This document shows positions 45,001 through 58,900 of a DNA stretch of 64,000 nucleotides, in pieces. How positions within the stretch are numbered: position 1 is the first letter of the stretch; every line of letters starts with the position of its first letter. Source of the DNA: the human T2T-CHM13v2.0 reference genome, Homo sapiens. The stretch lies in the NCBI RefSeq assembly GCF_009914755.1, contig NC_060934.1, one strand, 5' to 3'. The position numbers and the translations under genes are program-made. The notes below the pieces were generated by a model, which saw nothing but the letters and a program-made list of their open reading frames with translations, did not search any database and was not told the origin of the DNA.

Positions 45001-48000
45001 ATTCAAAAAATGTTTTGCTCTTGGGCTTCTGTTTTCTGGGTCTTATTCTCCTCATTCACAAAGAGCGTATGTGTGTGAGGCAAGGGTGGAGCTGGGGGTT
45101 CTCGGAGCTGCAGGGGTCCAAGGTGGGATCACGGTCCCCAAGGCCAGAGTCCATTCTCTCAGCATTCGAGGAATCATTCTTGTTGCTATAGTGTATCTAG
45201 TATACACAAAGTGGAAAGCAGCTCCACTTGGGCCTCCAGAGCTCCATGCTTGGAGTGTTTTCCCTGTGGTCCTCTCTCTGTCCCAGGCCCCTTCTCTGTA
45301 GTTTGTGCTGTGGGGGGTGAACCAAACACAACTCAACCTGAAGATGAGAAGAAATGGGAGGACAGCACAGTTCATTTCTCTTCATTCTCCTGAGCTTCCT
45401 GAGAAAGGATAGCTAAAGGGATGAAACCCTGAAACTGCCTCTGTCATTTTAGATGCCAGGACCCTTGATGTTTCTCCAGGCACTGAGGGCAGGGGTGGGA
45501 AGGACAGGATTTACCAAGGCCTCATGGATGCCCACTCTAACTGCACTTGTGGGGTCCTTTCTGTATGACTTACACTCTCCTTTCTAGAGCACCAGAGGAA
45601 GCCAAGCACTGAAAATGCAGTTAACTTTACAAGAGAAAGCTCTGTTTTCTATTAATAACAACAGAGGGATTTGTGCCGAATGAATGTGGGTATACACAAA
45701 GCAAATTTGAAAGAAAAGAGGCTACATTTGGTTGGCTAGTTATTTCTTTTGAAAAGAACTGGCTATTAACTAAACTCAGCAAAGTGTGAGTGAAATTAAA
45801 TAGGCAAACAACTTGATGTTTTGCCAGCAATTTTCTTAGCCAACAAATGGCTTTTGGTGTGGCCCAATCTTGGAACGGTTGATCCTGTCATTCTGGGCTG
45901 AAGCAATTGACCGTGGTTTCTTGTTATAATAGCACGATAGAAGAGACCCAGACTGATGTGGCCTTTACCAGAAAGAAGTATTTCAAACACAAATTACAGA
46001 ACAGTGGCTAATGCTGGTCTAAAGATGTCAATTGCAATTTTAATATGGAGTCTGTGAGGCTCTATCAATAACCAGGAGTTTGGTTGCTTTAATGTAAAGA
46101 CAATTGGGCACACATCAAACTAATAAAACTAACAATAACATATTACTGTTTTGCATGGACTAAAAATTTTTAACGTGAGAAAAAAACTAGATTATTTAGT
46201 TCAATTATAATTCAATTTTCTTATTTTATAGACGAAGAAACGGAAGCCTGCAGAAATAACTCTAGTGTCTTTCCTGGTATATAGATTTGAGCCCCATCTC
46301 CTCTTTTTAGTGTCTTGAGTTACAGAAATTGATACTGTGGAGCTTCTGAATTAGGAAGCACAGATTACTTTCTCTGGTCCCATTTTAATTTTTCTCGAAA
46401 CTCATAAAATATGATTAGAGTGCTTTTTAATTTTTTCTGAAAAGCAGGGAATCGTAAGATTGATAAATAGTTTAATGTGAACCTGATGGCTTGATTAATT
46501 AATCACCAAGCTGAGGAACCACTACAATTCATATGTCAATTCAGACTATTTTCGGGAAATGATTTGAATCAATTGCTAATGAAATTGAGAAATTTAGGAG
46601 CTGCTTTCTGACTTCCAAATGACAGGGCTCATATTTAACTCAAGAGATGTGACAGTTAATGACAACATAAAAATGCCATGAATTATTTTCCAGATCATGG
46701 GAAAAATTACAGCACCTCTTCATTGAAACAGCTCTTAGCTCATCAGTATGAAAATAAACAGCCTTAATCACATGCTAAGAAATCTATGATGCAGTTTAAA
46801 AGCTAGGTTATTTTTGAAATAAACAAAGGCCATAATCCTCAGGAATAAGTATAATATTTCATAACCTCTTCCTTAACACAGAGTGATAGATGAACTTAGT
46901 GTGGCTGATATCACAACTGACATCCTATGGGGAAAAAAATGAATCGTTGTTCTTCTATCTAATTACTTTAAACCCTTAAAATAGGGAAAGTTTAATTTTT
47001 ATTTTCTGCTTCAATTCATAAGTGTGAGTTTTCTAGTCCTTTTTATGTTTAAAAGGGCTAGCTTTGTATATCTTCCCATAACTTCTCATTTCCAGCAGGA
47101 CTTTTTAATTAATGTAGTTACATGTAGACATAACAAGACAGTTATTGTGTGTTAATGAAATACCAATGGAAAGTGCACTGATCAATATTTAATCTAATTA
47201 AGATGAATACAAGGCAATATTACTATGTAATTAACTCAAAACAGCATAAGTAACCCATGCATGTTTAAATTTTTATTAATGTATTTGTTAAAAATTTTTA
47301 GATCATGCTGTTTTATGGGCTTACTTGAGAGATATAAAATTAAAATGTTTGTCAAGATGCTACTGGAGCAACTATTAAATGTGGCTCTTAATCATCTTAA
47401 CAGTCCTTAAGGTTCCCATGTAGTTCTAATTGTCTCACTGAGGATGAAAGATGATTTTGCCACAAACAAGAAGCCATATGTAAAACCTTCCTGGAATGGT
47501 TTTTGATTATTATATTTTTAGTTCCCCTGTGGTTTTGCCCAGATATGACAGGGCTGATGAATGCAAGACAATTTGAAATACGTTAATATTTTAGGAACAT
47601 CCTTTAAAGAGCTACCTATTCCTGGAGGAAAAAAATATTTTTTGGAGTAAATATCATTGGATTACTCTAACGTGTGTAATGGGATTTTAACATCACAGCT
47701 TCACAAATTCCCTTGAAATTATAACTTGGGGGGGTAAACTTGGGAGGGATAAGTCTTATCTTAAACATGGACCAGAATCTGTTGTCATGATCTTCAGAGG
47801 CTCAGATATACAGCATTACAATATGAGAAAACATTTGAATGAGGGTCCTATACTCAAATCCAGAAACAGGCTCTTGTACATAGGCAATAACTTGAGTGGT
47901 GCCACAGAATTTGTGCTAAGTTAATATGAAGAATGTGAACTCACAGTTACAAAGCCAAAGCTCTTTTATAAATCTGTTGCTCAGAAAGTTTGCAATGTCT

Positions 48001-49032
48001 CACACTTCCCTAAATTTCTCAAGCAAATTCAGCCCTTGAACTAGGGAACCATTGCTTGAATTGGCCCATTCCATGTGCAGGTACATGTGTTTACAGACTC
48101 TCTCTGTGCTCTCTAAGGCTCTTAGAACACCCAACACACTGGGAAACCTTTTTATACAAATAAATATAAAGATTGAAGTTGGTAGAATGGTGATTTTATT
48201 CCAAAGGCTTGTGTTGCTTTCCTCAAGTCTACCATTTTATTGTAGAAGGAATATAGGAGTTACTGGGGCAATTTATTGTTCTTCACCATTCTTGGTATGT
48301 ATATCTTACTTAAATGTCGGGATGGCATTTCTATGTTTTTATCTCTGTGAATGAGGAGGTGAGGGATAACTCATGCCTTGTTATTCCCCATCTCACCCAT
48401 GAGTGATGATAACAACAGGGTTCAGACATCATATGTGATATACGCAGCGTATTTTTCTTCCTCTCTCTCGAGATGGCCTGCAAATACTGAAAATGACAGT
48501 TATAGAAGGTAAAAATAAATAAATAAAAGATGTGGGATAAAGATGTTCCAATAGAAGTAAACTTTTAAATACTTCTGTGTGCTTGTGTTGCTAATGAAGC
48601 CATTGAGACACGCATGATGAGCTAACATGAATGGCTGAAAATGATTACCTTCACCTCTGCTTCTCCATCCTGGCACTATGATAGTTAGAAATATCTTAAG
48701 TCCACAATTCCTGTTGTGTTAGAAATCTTGTATAGCTAGACAGATTTCAGGTCTAAGCAAGCTGTGAAGGTAAGTCAGGGAAAGATTCACGAAGCCCTTC
48801 TTTCTATGGGTTCATGTCTAAACTCAGTCAGGTGGATGGATCTACAGTCAGTCCTGGAGCCCCCAGGTAGCAGGCAGCTGTGTGGTGGGGGGGAAGGGGA
48901 AGGACTTTACCGCCTCAACCACAAATTGCCCCCACATATTGTCTCCTCATAGTAACGGAAAAATGAGAATACTAGGATTTGTTCATATCAAAACTGAAAT
49001 TTTAAAGGTCCTTTGCTAATAAAGAAAAATTC

Positions 49033-49332
49033 TTTTTTTTTTTTTTTTAGAGACAGGAACTTGCTATATTGCCCAGGCTGGAATGCAGTGATACAGTCCT
49101 AACTCACTGCAGCCTCAAACTCCTGGGCTCAAGCAATCCTTCCACTTCAGCCTCCTCGGTAGCTGGGACTATAGGCATGCACCACCAAGGCCAGCTATTT
49201 TTTTTTACTTTTTTTAGAGATGAGGTCTCGATATGCTTCCCGGGCCCATCTAGAACTCCTGGCTTCAAGTGATCCTTCTGCCTTGGCCTCCCAAAACGCT
49301 GGGATTACAGGGATGAACCACTGCACCTGGCC
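49033..49332 (-). mobile_element. AluJ
   Basis: cactgcagcctcaaactcctgggctcaagcaatcc J-type diagnostics. Confidence 0.9.
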
Positions 49333-50429
49333 AAAAAAATTAATTTTTAATCTCAAGAAAAAGGCAACAAAAGAAACCAGAAAATAAATGAGTACTTTGG
49401 TCTGGAGCAAAGAACACAGCTAGACTATTCAGAAGAGTGTCTTAGTAGAGTGACTTCTGATTTTAATGTAACAAAATTATTCGAATTGATTTATTATATT
49501 ATTTTCAACTTTTTCCTCCAAAAATTGGTCCTTTATTCCTTTGCAGTCAACTCTACCCTCCCCATCCCATTCCAGCCATGAGCAACCACTGAATTGCTTG
49601 CTGCCAATACAGTTTTGCCTTTTCTGAAATCTTATTTCAATGGAATCATACAGTATGTAATCTTTTGTATTAAGCTTCTTTTACTTAGCACAATGCTTTC
49701 AAAATTCATGGTGTCATCGATGACTTCAATAGTTTGGACTTTCATATTGCTGAGTAGTGTCACTTCAATTGATATGCAGGATATGTTTATAAATTAACCA
49801 ATTGATATATCTCTGTTTTTTCCAGTTTTTAGCTATTATAATAAATAGGATGTGAACATTTGGGCACAAATCTTTTGACAGATATGTTTTCATTTCCCTT
49901 GAATACTCAGAAGTGGGAAAGCTGGGTGGATGGTAAAAGTATGCTTCACTTTATTAGAAACTGTCGTGTGTTTCTTAAAGTGGTTGCATAACTTGTTGTT
50001 CATACCAGCAATTGTGTGAGAGGTCTGGCAACTTCACATTCTTGTCAGCACTTAGATTCTTGGCCTTCTTCTTTTAGCTGTTCTATCGTATATATAATAG
50101 TATTTTACTCTGGTTTTAATTTGCATTTCTATTTTGTAGAAATGTTTAGCATCTTTTCACGTTCTTATCTAGCCATAAACACTCTTTGGTGAAGTATCTG
50201 TTCAAATCATTTGCCCTTTTTAAAAAAGCATTTTTACTTAAAATTTTATTTTAAGTGTCCTTTATTCGGAATACAAGTCCTTTATCTGATATGTTTCACA
50301 AATTCTTTCCCAGGGTATGATTTGTTTTTCATTTTCAAAACACTCTATTTCTTAAGTTTTATGAAATCTACTTCATCATTTTTTTCTTTGTATGATTCAT
50401 GCTTTTTTATGTGCTATAAAAAAAGCTTG

Positions 50430-51050
<621 letters not shown>

Positions 51051-51648
51051 TCACAAAAATTATCTCCATTAAATTTTTCTAGAAGTAAAACTGTTTCACC
51101 TTGTAATTTTGCTTCTATTATTTGTGATGATTTGTTTATTATATATAGAGTAAGATAAGGATTGAGGTTCATTTTTTCCATATAGATGTACAGTTGTTTC
51201 AGCACCATTTGTTGAAAAGAATTTTCTTTCCCTTACTGACTTACCTTGTCACACTTGGAAAATCAGTTAGCCATGTGGATGTGAGACTATATATGGACTT
51301 TCTATTCTACCACATTAAACTATATATCTATCACACTGTTTTAATTACTGTAGCTTAAAAGTAAGTCTTGCCAGCAGGTTATGTATTCCAATGACCATCA
51401 TTTCCACAATAGTCTTGACCATTCTGGCCTTCGCTTTTCTATAAAATTTAGAATCAATTAGTCAATATGTTTTAAAAAATCCTGCTGGTATTTTGATTGA
51501 GATTGAGATTGCATTGCAACTATAAATTAATTTTGGAAAATTTGGCATTACAATGCCATTCAGTCTCCAGATGTAATTCTCTTATAATATTTTGTAGGTT
51601 TCAATGTACAACTCTTGTACAAATGGTCTTATACTTATTGACAAATAA

Positions 51649-51979
<331 letters not shown>

Positions 51980-52289
51980 AGTGCAATTGATTTTGTATAT
52001 TGAGATCATATTCTGCCATCTTACTGAAATCAATTATTAGTTCATGTTAGCTTTTTGCAGATTTCTTGGATTTTCTACTTAGATGATTATGTTGTCTGCA
52101 AATAAATCCAGCTTATTACTTTTCAATCTGCTCACTGCTACTTCTTCTTCTCACTTTATCACATTAGTTAAGATGTCTTATACAATGTTAAAAATGGCAA
52201 AAGCAAACATCCATGCATTCAGTCTTTCACCATTGTGGATGAAGTTAGCTATAGGTTTTTCATCATGTTGAGGAATTTTCCTTCCTAAA

Positions 52290-53150
52290 TTTGAGAGACA
52301 CTTAAAGACAGAAATAAATGGAAAGCTATACTGTACTCATGGATCTGAAGACTCATTATCATTTGGATGTCAATGCTCCCCAAATTTAACTATAGATTCA
52401 ATGTAATTCCAATCAAATTTCCAGAAGTCTTTTTAGTAGAAATGGAAAGGATGTTTCTCAAATTCTTATAGAAATGCAAAGTACCTAGAATTACTAAAAC
52501 AACTTTGAAAAATAACAAAGTTGAAAAAGTTATACTACTTGACTTCAAGATTTATTATAAAACTACAGAAATCAAAAAAGTTTGACATTAGAGTTAAGGT
52601 TGATGATTAATGAAACAGAATAAAGAAACAAGGAATGGACTTCTACATATATAATTAGCTGACTTTCAAAAGAGAAGAAAAATCTACTTTGTGGGGGATA
52701 AGCAGTCACTTCAACAAATGGTGCTAAAAAACAACTTCAACAAATGGTGCTAGAAAAAAGTTAATAACAATATATTAAAAATGAGTTTTGATTCATAGCT
52801 TTCAAAAATTAACTCAAAGTGAATTATAGTCCTAAATATAACACCAAAACTACAAAATTTCTCAATAAAATTGTAGGAGAAAGGCTTTCTTTGATACAAC
52901 ACTAAGGGGAGAAACCATTTAGAAATTGCTAAATTAGACTCCATCACAATTAAGAACTCCTGCTCTCTTAATAATTTTCTTAAAGTTAAAAAAAAACTAA
53001 AAATAAATAATGCTGTTAAGACAATGAAGAAACAAGCCACAGATTGGGAGAATATATTTGCAAGTAACATATCTAATAAATGACTTGTACCCGGAATATA
53101 TCAAGATAACAAATATTTCATAAGAAAAAAACCCAATTTTAAATATGCAC
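52290..53150 (+). mobile_element. L1ME-type ORF2 3' fragment
   Basis: ctatagattcaatgtaattccaatcaaa (YRFNxIPIK), ttcaacaaatggtgc, caagccacagattgggagaatatatttgca. Confidence 0.82.
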
Positions 53151-53499
53151 AAACTATTATGAGGATAGAACAGAAGTCCCACTATGTAGGTAACAAAAGT
53201 TTTGAAAGAGAAAATAGAGAGGATGAAGAAAAAGTAATATTCCAAAAAAAGAAAGACTGATAATTCTAAGTACTAAAGAAAGCCACACATCCTTAAATGG
53301 CAAGAAATGACAGAGTAGGACTAAAATACACACAACACTAACACCATCAATGCTATAGTGACATATTATAGATACACATCAGGATATCAACCATAAAGAG
53401 AAAATTGTAACACATACCAAGAGGGAAAAAGGCAATCTACTCTAGCAATTACCATCAATTCTCTGCCATACTTGGTAGCCTTAAATGCAATGATTAGAA

Positions 53500-53800
53500 A
53501 ACAAGAATTGATGCCTCCCCATAAGAAATCCTAAACCAATGGGTGAAAAAGAGTTGGAGTGTGAACACTTCAGCTTCCTTACGTTTAGAGTGGGATAATT
53601 CTGAGGCAAAGATTCTACACTGTTTCCTAGACTTGTTCAGAAGAATAAGTTCATTTTCCCCAGTGGTAACCAGCTCAATCATTCACACCTTCTTGGGCCT
53701 CCTCCCCTTCCTTTCCTGTCTTGATTTCTTATTAGGGTTTCCTGGGATCATCTCCCAAATAAACTATTTTCTTTGCCTCAGAAACTGCTTCAAGAACTCA
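53500..53800 (+). mobile_element. LTR16-like ERVL LTR fragment
   Basis: aaccaatgggt...gtgggataattctgaggc...cagtggtaaccagctc...ttcctgggatcatctcccaaataaacta. Confidence 0.7.
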
Positions 53801-53840
53801 GATAGCACTAGATTCGTCATTATCAATATTGCATACAAGA

Positions 53841-54013
53841 ACTCCAAAAATGGAGAGGGTGGGAGCGAGCTGAGGGTTGAAAAATAACCTATTGGGTACA
53901 ATGCTTACCACTTGGGTAATGGGTACACTACAAGCCCAGTCCCTACCAGTACACAATATACTCATGTAACAAACATGCATATATATCCCCTGAATCTAAA
54001 ATAAAATAAAATA
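53841..54013 (+). mobile_element. L1PB4-like 3' terminal 170 bp (near-duplicate of 55514-55686)
   Basis: gagggttgaaaaataacctattgggtac...ccctgaatctaaaataaaataaaa. Confidence 0.88.
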
Positions 54014-54896
54014 ATATCTTGAAAGTGATGAAGACAATACTTTGATTCTAGAATTCTATCCCCACAAATATTGTCATTTAAAGGTGATTTTGGACTCAGA
54101 ACTTCTATAAATTATAGACCGTGTCTGAAAATAACTACTAATCAGAGGATGAACTACATTCGGGAAAGAAAATGAGTCCAGAAAGAAGCAGGAATATGTG
54201 TGAAGAAATAGCAAAGAATTGAGAACTACTTGTTGTTAGACCTAAATAAGTATTTATTATGAAAAGAAAAAAAACAACAATAATATGAACTAAATTTTCA
54301 GGCAGTTGCTCCAGGGGCATTAGTGGAGGCTAAGGGCAAAGCTGAGAAAAAGGAAAATGTGCTGTGATTTTTACATTGCTCTGGAGAAAATATAGTTTCT
54401 AATTAACAGATTCCAGACTTTAAAAGAAATTAAAACTAGAACTAATTACAGAATTACCTCACATAGGCATTGCTTAGTTAATAATGTTTTGCCATAAGAG
54501 CTCTTGAAAAAACATACCATTTCCTGGACACAACTACTTTTCTTTTTTGGTATAATGACTTTTTCACCAACAAGCACACTAAGTTAATGTACTCTAAGAT
54601 GTGGTATTTCAACATTACAGTTTCAAGCAAGAATACACTCGCCAATTTTCTAGACACACTTTCTAGTCAGTGAATACCACATGGAACAACTTTAAATACA
54701 AGTTATAGTTCCATGAACCAAAACATTTTATTTGTGAAAATGTGCCAAGTGAGAAGGATTAAGAGGAGCTGCTTCTTCAACTCTTCAGCCTGAAGTGTCT
54801 ACTCTTTTACTATGTGTTTTCAAAATGCTTTTGGAATTAGCACTAATTCCCTTAAGTATATATTTTTCTGTTCTTTAATTTTATTTGTAAGAGTTT

Positions 54897-55693
54897 AACC
54901 AACAAACACATGAGAAAATGCTCAACATCACTAATAATCAGAGAAATCCACATTAAAACCACAATGAGATATCACCTTACACCAGTCAGAATGGCTATTA
55001 TTAAAAAGTCAAAAAACAACAGATGTTTGGTGAGCATGTGGAGAAAGGCAAGCGCTTAGACACTGTTGGTGTGAAGGTCAATTAGTTCAACCTCTGTGCA
55101 AAACATTATGAAAATTTCTCGAAGAACTAAAAATAGAACTACCATTCAACCCAGCAATCTCACTACTGAGTATCCACCCAAACAAATATATATCATTATA
55201 TTAAAAAGACACCTGCACCCATATGTTCATTGCAGCAGTATTCAGAATAGCAAAGTCATGAGACCAACCTAAGTATCCATCAACAATTGACTAGATAAAG
55301 AAAGTGTTTTACATATACACCATGGAATACTATGTACTTATAAAAAAAGAGTGAAATCATGTCCTTTGCAGCAACATGGATGGAGCTGGAGGCCATTATC
55401 CTAAGTGAACTAACTCAGAAACAAAAGCCCAAGTACCACATGTTCTCACTTATAAGTGAGAGCTAAACAATGGGTACACATGGACATAAAGATGGAAATA
55501 ATGGACACTAGAGACTCCAAAAATGGACAGGGTGGAAGCTAGCTGAGGGTTGAAAAATAACCTATTGGGTACAATGCTTACCATTTGGGTAATGGGTACG
55601 CTACAAGCCCAGTCCCCACCAGTATACAATATACTCATGTAACAAACATGCATATGTATCTCCTGAATCTAAAATAAAATAAAATAAAATAAA
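54897..55693 (+). mobile_element. 5'-truncated L1PB4-like element
   Basis: ORF2 C-terminus plus 3' UTR and (AAAAT)n tail; TSD aagagttt at 54889-54896 and 55694-55701. Confidence 0.9.
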
Positions 55694-55984
55694 AAGAGTT
55701 TGAGTGAAGCTACAAAGTGTTAAATAAGAAAGAGGGGCAAAATAATGAATGCACTTTCTCAAGAGTCTCCCCCTTGCATGTCTCCTCCACCAATTCCACT
55801 TTTCAAGTTTCTCTTCATCTTTTGGTGAGTACAGAAAACCTGTATTATGTATTTTTGGTTTTTAAAGTGTTGCTTATATCTTACACAATTTAATTGTTCA
55901 ATTTATATTTCTATTTGTGCAAAGTGTGCACGTCTCTAAGTTTGAAGTGGAGCACATCTAATTTTTTCCATATAGACGTTGCTT

Positions 55985-58900
55985 TTCCCATTTTAGCTGT
56001 GATAAGGAAGAAGCTTGGAAGTCATCACTCCTGTCATTACAATAAAAAGCTAGGCAAACTGAAAATAAACAACTCTTCTTGAACCCATCAGATACCTGAG
56101 GCCACAGGGTATACTGCTACTCCAAAATCTGGTAAAAGTGACCCAGAGAGATGCAGCACTAGAGATTTACTTACCTGAAGCAGAAGCCAGTGGAAGCCAA
56201 AGGTTGTAGAACCACTACTTTTTCTAGTAATTTCGACAAATTGCTGTAGGCTGAGTGCTAAGTAGCTTGATCATGAGAGATTCCTGGGGGCTGCAATCAA
56301 AGGAGAACCCCCACACTTTCTCCAGTTTTCCATCCAGGAACCCCCCCCCAGGTTTTCACAGTGAGGATCCAAAAAAAAAAAAAAACCAAAAAAAAAATCT
56401 CCTGTGTCTCTGACAAGGGGAAGGGAAAAGCAGAAAGTGTAACCCTCCCATTTCCTTCCCTGTAACAAAGGCTTATTCTCCAAGAAGAAATATTTTGCCG
56501 TAGAACAGCAGTTAAAACTTACTGAAACTAGGGCAATGGATTTCCTTCCCACTGAAGTCTTTTCTAGTCTTATGTTTTACCTAAGGTAACACACAAAAAG
56601 GAGAACAACAACAAAAAGAAAAAAAAATTAACAGAGGGCAGAGCTTCAAATATTTATTTATTTATTTTTCAATATATTATTGGGAACTTGGTAGCCAGGC
56701 AAGGTGGGAGACCTACATTCCTGGGGGAAAGGAGGAAAACATTTGTGAAGGCTGCACTCCGAGACAGAACTCCACTGAAAGATGGAGACTTCCCTTCCTC
56801 CCCTCCCAACTCACCACACCAACAAACCAAAATATGACAGGATTATAGCTGAAAATCTGTAAGATATAGACTCCTCTCAAGAGAAGTGTTAACAGAAGCC
56901 TCAAAGCCAAGAGAGGAAACAAAAAAGAAATGGCACTACAAAAAAGAAATGGTCCCTAAAGCTACAACAAACATGACACACAGCCCATCTTAGAGCCAGA
57001 TTAACATAAATCCCCCCCAAAAAAACCTACTTACCTGAGTAGCCATTACTGATACAACATATTGACTTTTAACCAAAAATTATAAGCCATAGCCTAAGTC
57101 AAGAAAAGCCAGTCTCGTTTTTCAAGAAAAGCCAGAAGCAATCATCACAGTCACATTCAGATATGACACAGAAGTAGAAATTCACAGATAAGGAATTTGA
57201 TGTGGCTATATGTTAAGGGTTCTAGTGAAAAAATCAACAACATGTGAGATCAAATGGGTAATTTCATAAGACAGGTTAAACTATAAGAAAGAAAAAAAAT
57301 TAAAAATCAAAAGCACAGTGATAGAAATAGAATGCCTTCAATGGACTCCATAAGAGCACTCAATACAACCAAAGAAGAAATTAGTGAAATTGAAGATTGG
57401 TCAATAACAACTTCTCAAACTAAAACACAAATAGAAAAAAATAAACAGAACTTGAACATAATATTCAAGAACTGTGGGGAGATATGCATAACTGAAACAG
57501 CAGAAAGCAAAGAGAGAGTGGGGCAGAAGAAGAAATGTTTTAATTAATAATGGCTGAGATGTTACTGAAATTGATGACAGATACTCAACCACAGTGTCCA
57601 GAGGCTCAGAGAATACCAAGCAAGAAAACACAACCGTAGAAAACCAAAGATAGTGAGAAAATCTGGACACAAATCAGAGGTGGGAGAAAAACCTTCCCTA
57701 TATAGGAACAAGGATAAGAACAAAGCAGACTTCTCGTCAGAATCCATGGAAGCAAGAAGAGAGTGCAGTGGAATATTTAAAGTGTTGAAAGAAAAAAACA
57801 AACTGTCAACATAGACTTCTACATTCAGCAAAATTATTCTTCAAAAGTAAAGGAGATAAAGACTTTCTCAGACAAACAAAAACAGGAAATTTATTGCCAG
57901 CAGAATAGCACTACAAAAAGATATTGAAACGAGTTCTTCAGACAGATGGAAAATTACACAGGCCAGAAATTTGCAACTACATCAAGAAAGAGTGTCAGAA
58001 AAGAAATAAATGAAGCTAAAAATAGAATATTGTATTTTATTACTCCTAATTCATCTAAAAGAAAACTGTGTTATCAGAGCTATAATAGTAAAAATACATT
58101 AGGTTATCATAGCATATGAATAAGTGAAATATATTAGTAAAAGTTTATAAAAGATGTTGGAGAAATTGGGAATACTCTGTTATATGGTCTCTATACTATA
58201 TTTGAAGTAGTACAGTGTTATTTGAAAGTGGGCTTAGATTATTTTATGTGTATATGAATATACATTTCTATATATAATAGTATGTTTATATTATATATAA
58301 TAGTGTATTTTATTTTATTTTAATATATATTTATATGTAAAATAATATATATAATTATACGCACATATAAAATAAGCCCTAAAGCAGTGGCTAAGAGCAT
58401 TTTCAAAGTAAGTATAAATGATGCAGTAAGAGAGGAGATGAAAGAGAATTATAAAATGCTCACTTAAAGCCAGAGAAGATAGAGAAACGGGATAAAAAGA
58501 AACAAAGGACAAACATAATACTTAGGAAACAGTTACAAAGATGGTAAATTTTAATACAACTGTATAAATAATCACTTTAAATGTAAATGGTCTAAATACC
58601 ACAGTTAAAGATCAGAGATGTCATATCAGAGAAAGAAGCATAATTATACACTGTCTAGAAGAAACCTGCTTTAAATACAAAGATTTTAGCTACAAGTAAA
58701 GAGATGGAAAAGGATCAAAAGAAAGCTAGAGTATCTATATTAATTTCAGACAAATCATACTTCAAAACAGGAAAATATTTCAAAGAGAAACAGGGACATT
58801 ACATAAAGATAGTTAGGTCAGTTCTCCAAGAAATCCTAACACTTATAATCCTGTGTGTACCTGACAACAGAGCTTCAAAATACATGGGACAACAACTAAT

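Larger units (their letters stand above)
53160..54430 (+). mobile_element. HAL1/L1ME ORF1-like fragments (about 53160-53440 and 54014-54430), interrupted by an LTR and an L1PB4 tail
   Basis: gagaaaatagaga...aatattcc, ataaagagaaaatt, ctagaattctatccccac...tgtcatttaaaggtga ORF1-like remnants. Confidence 0.5.
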
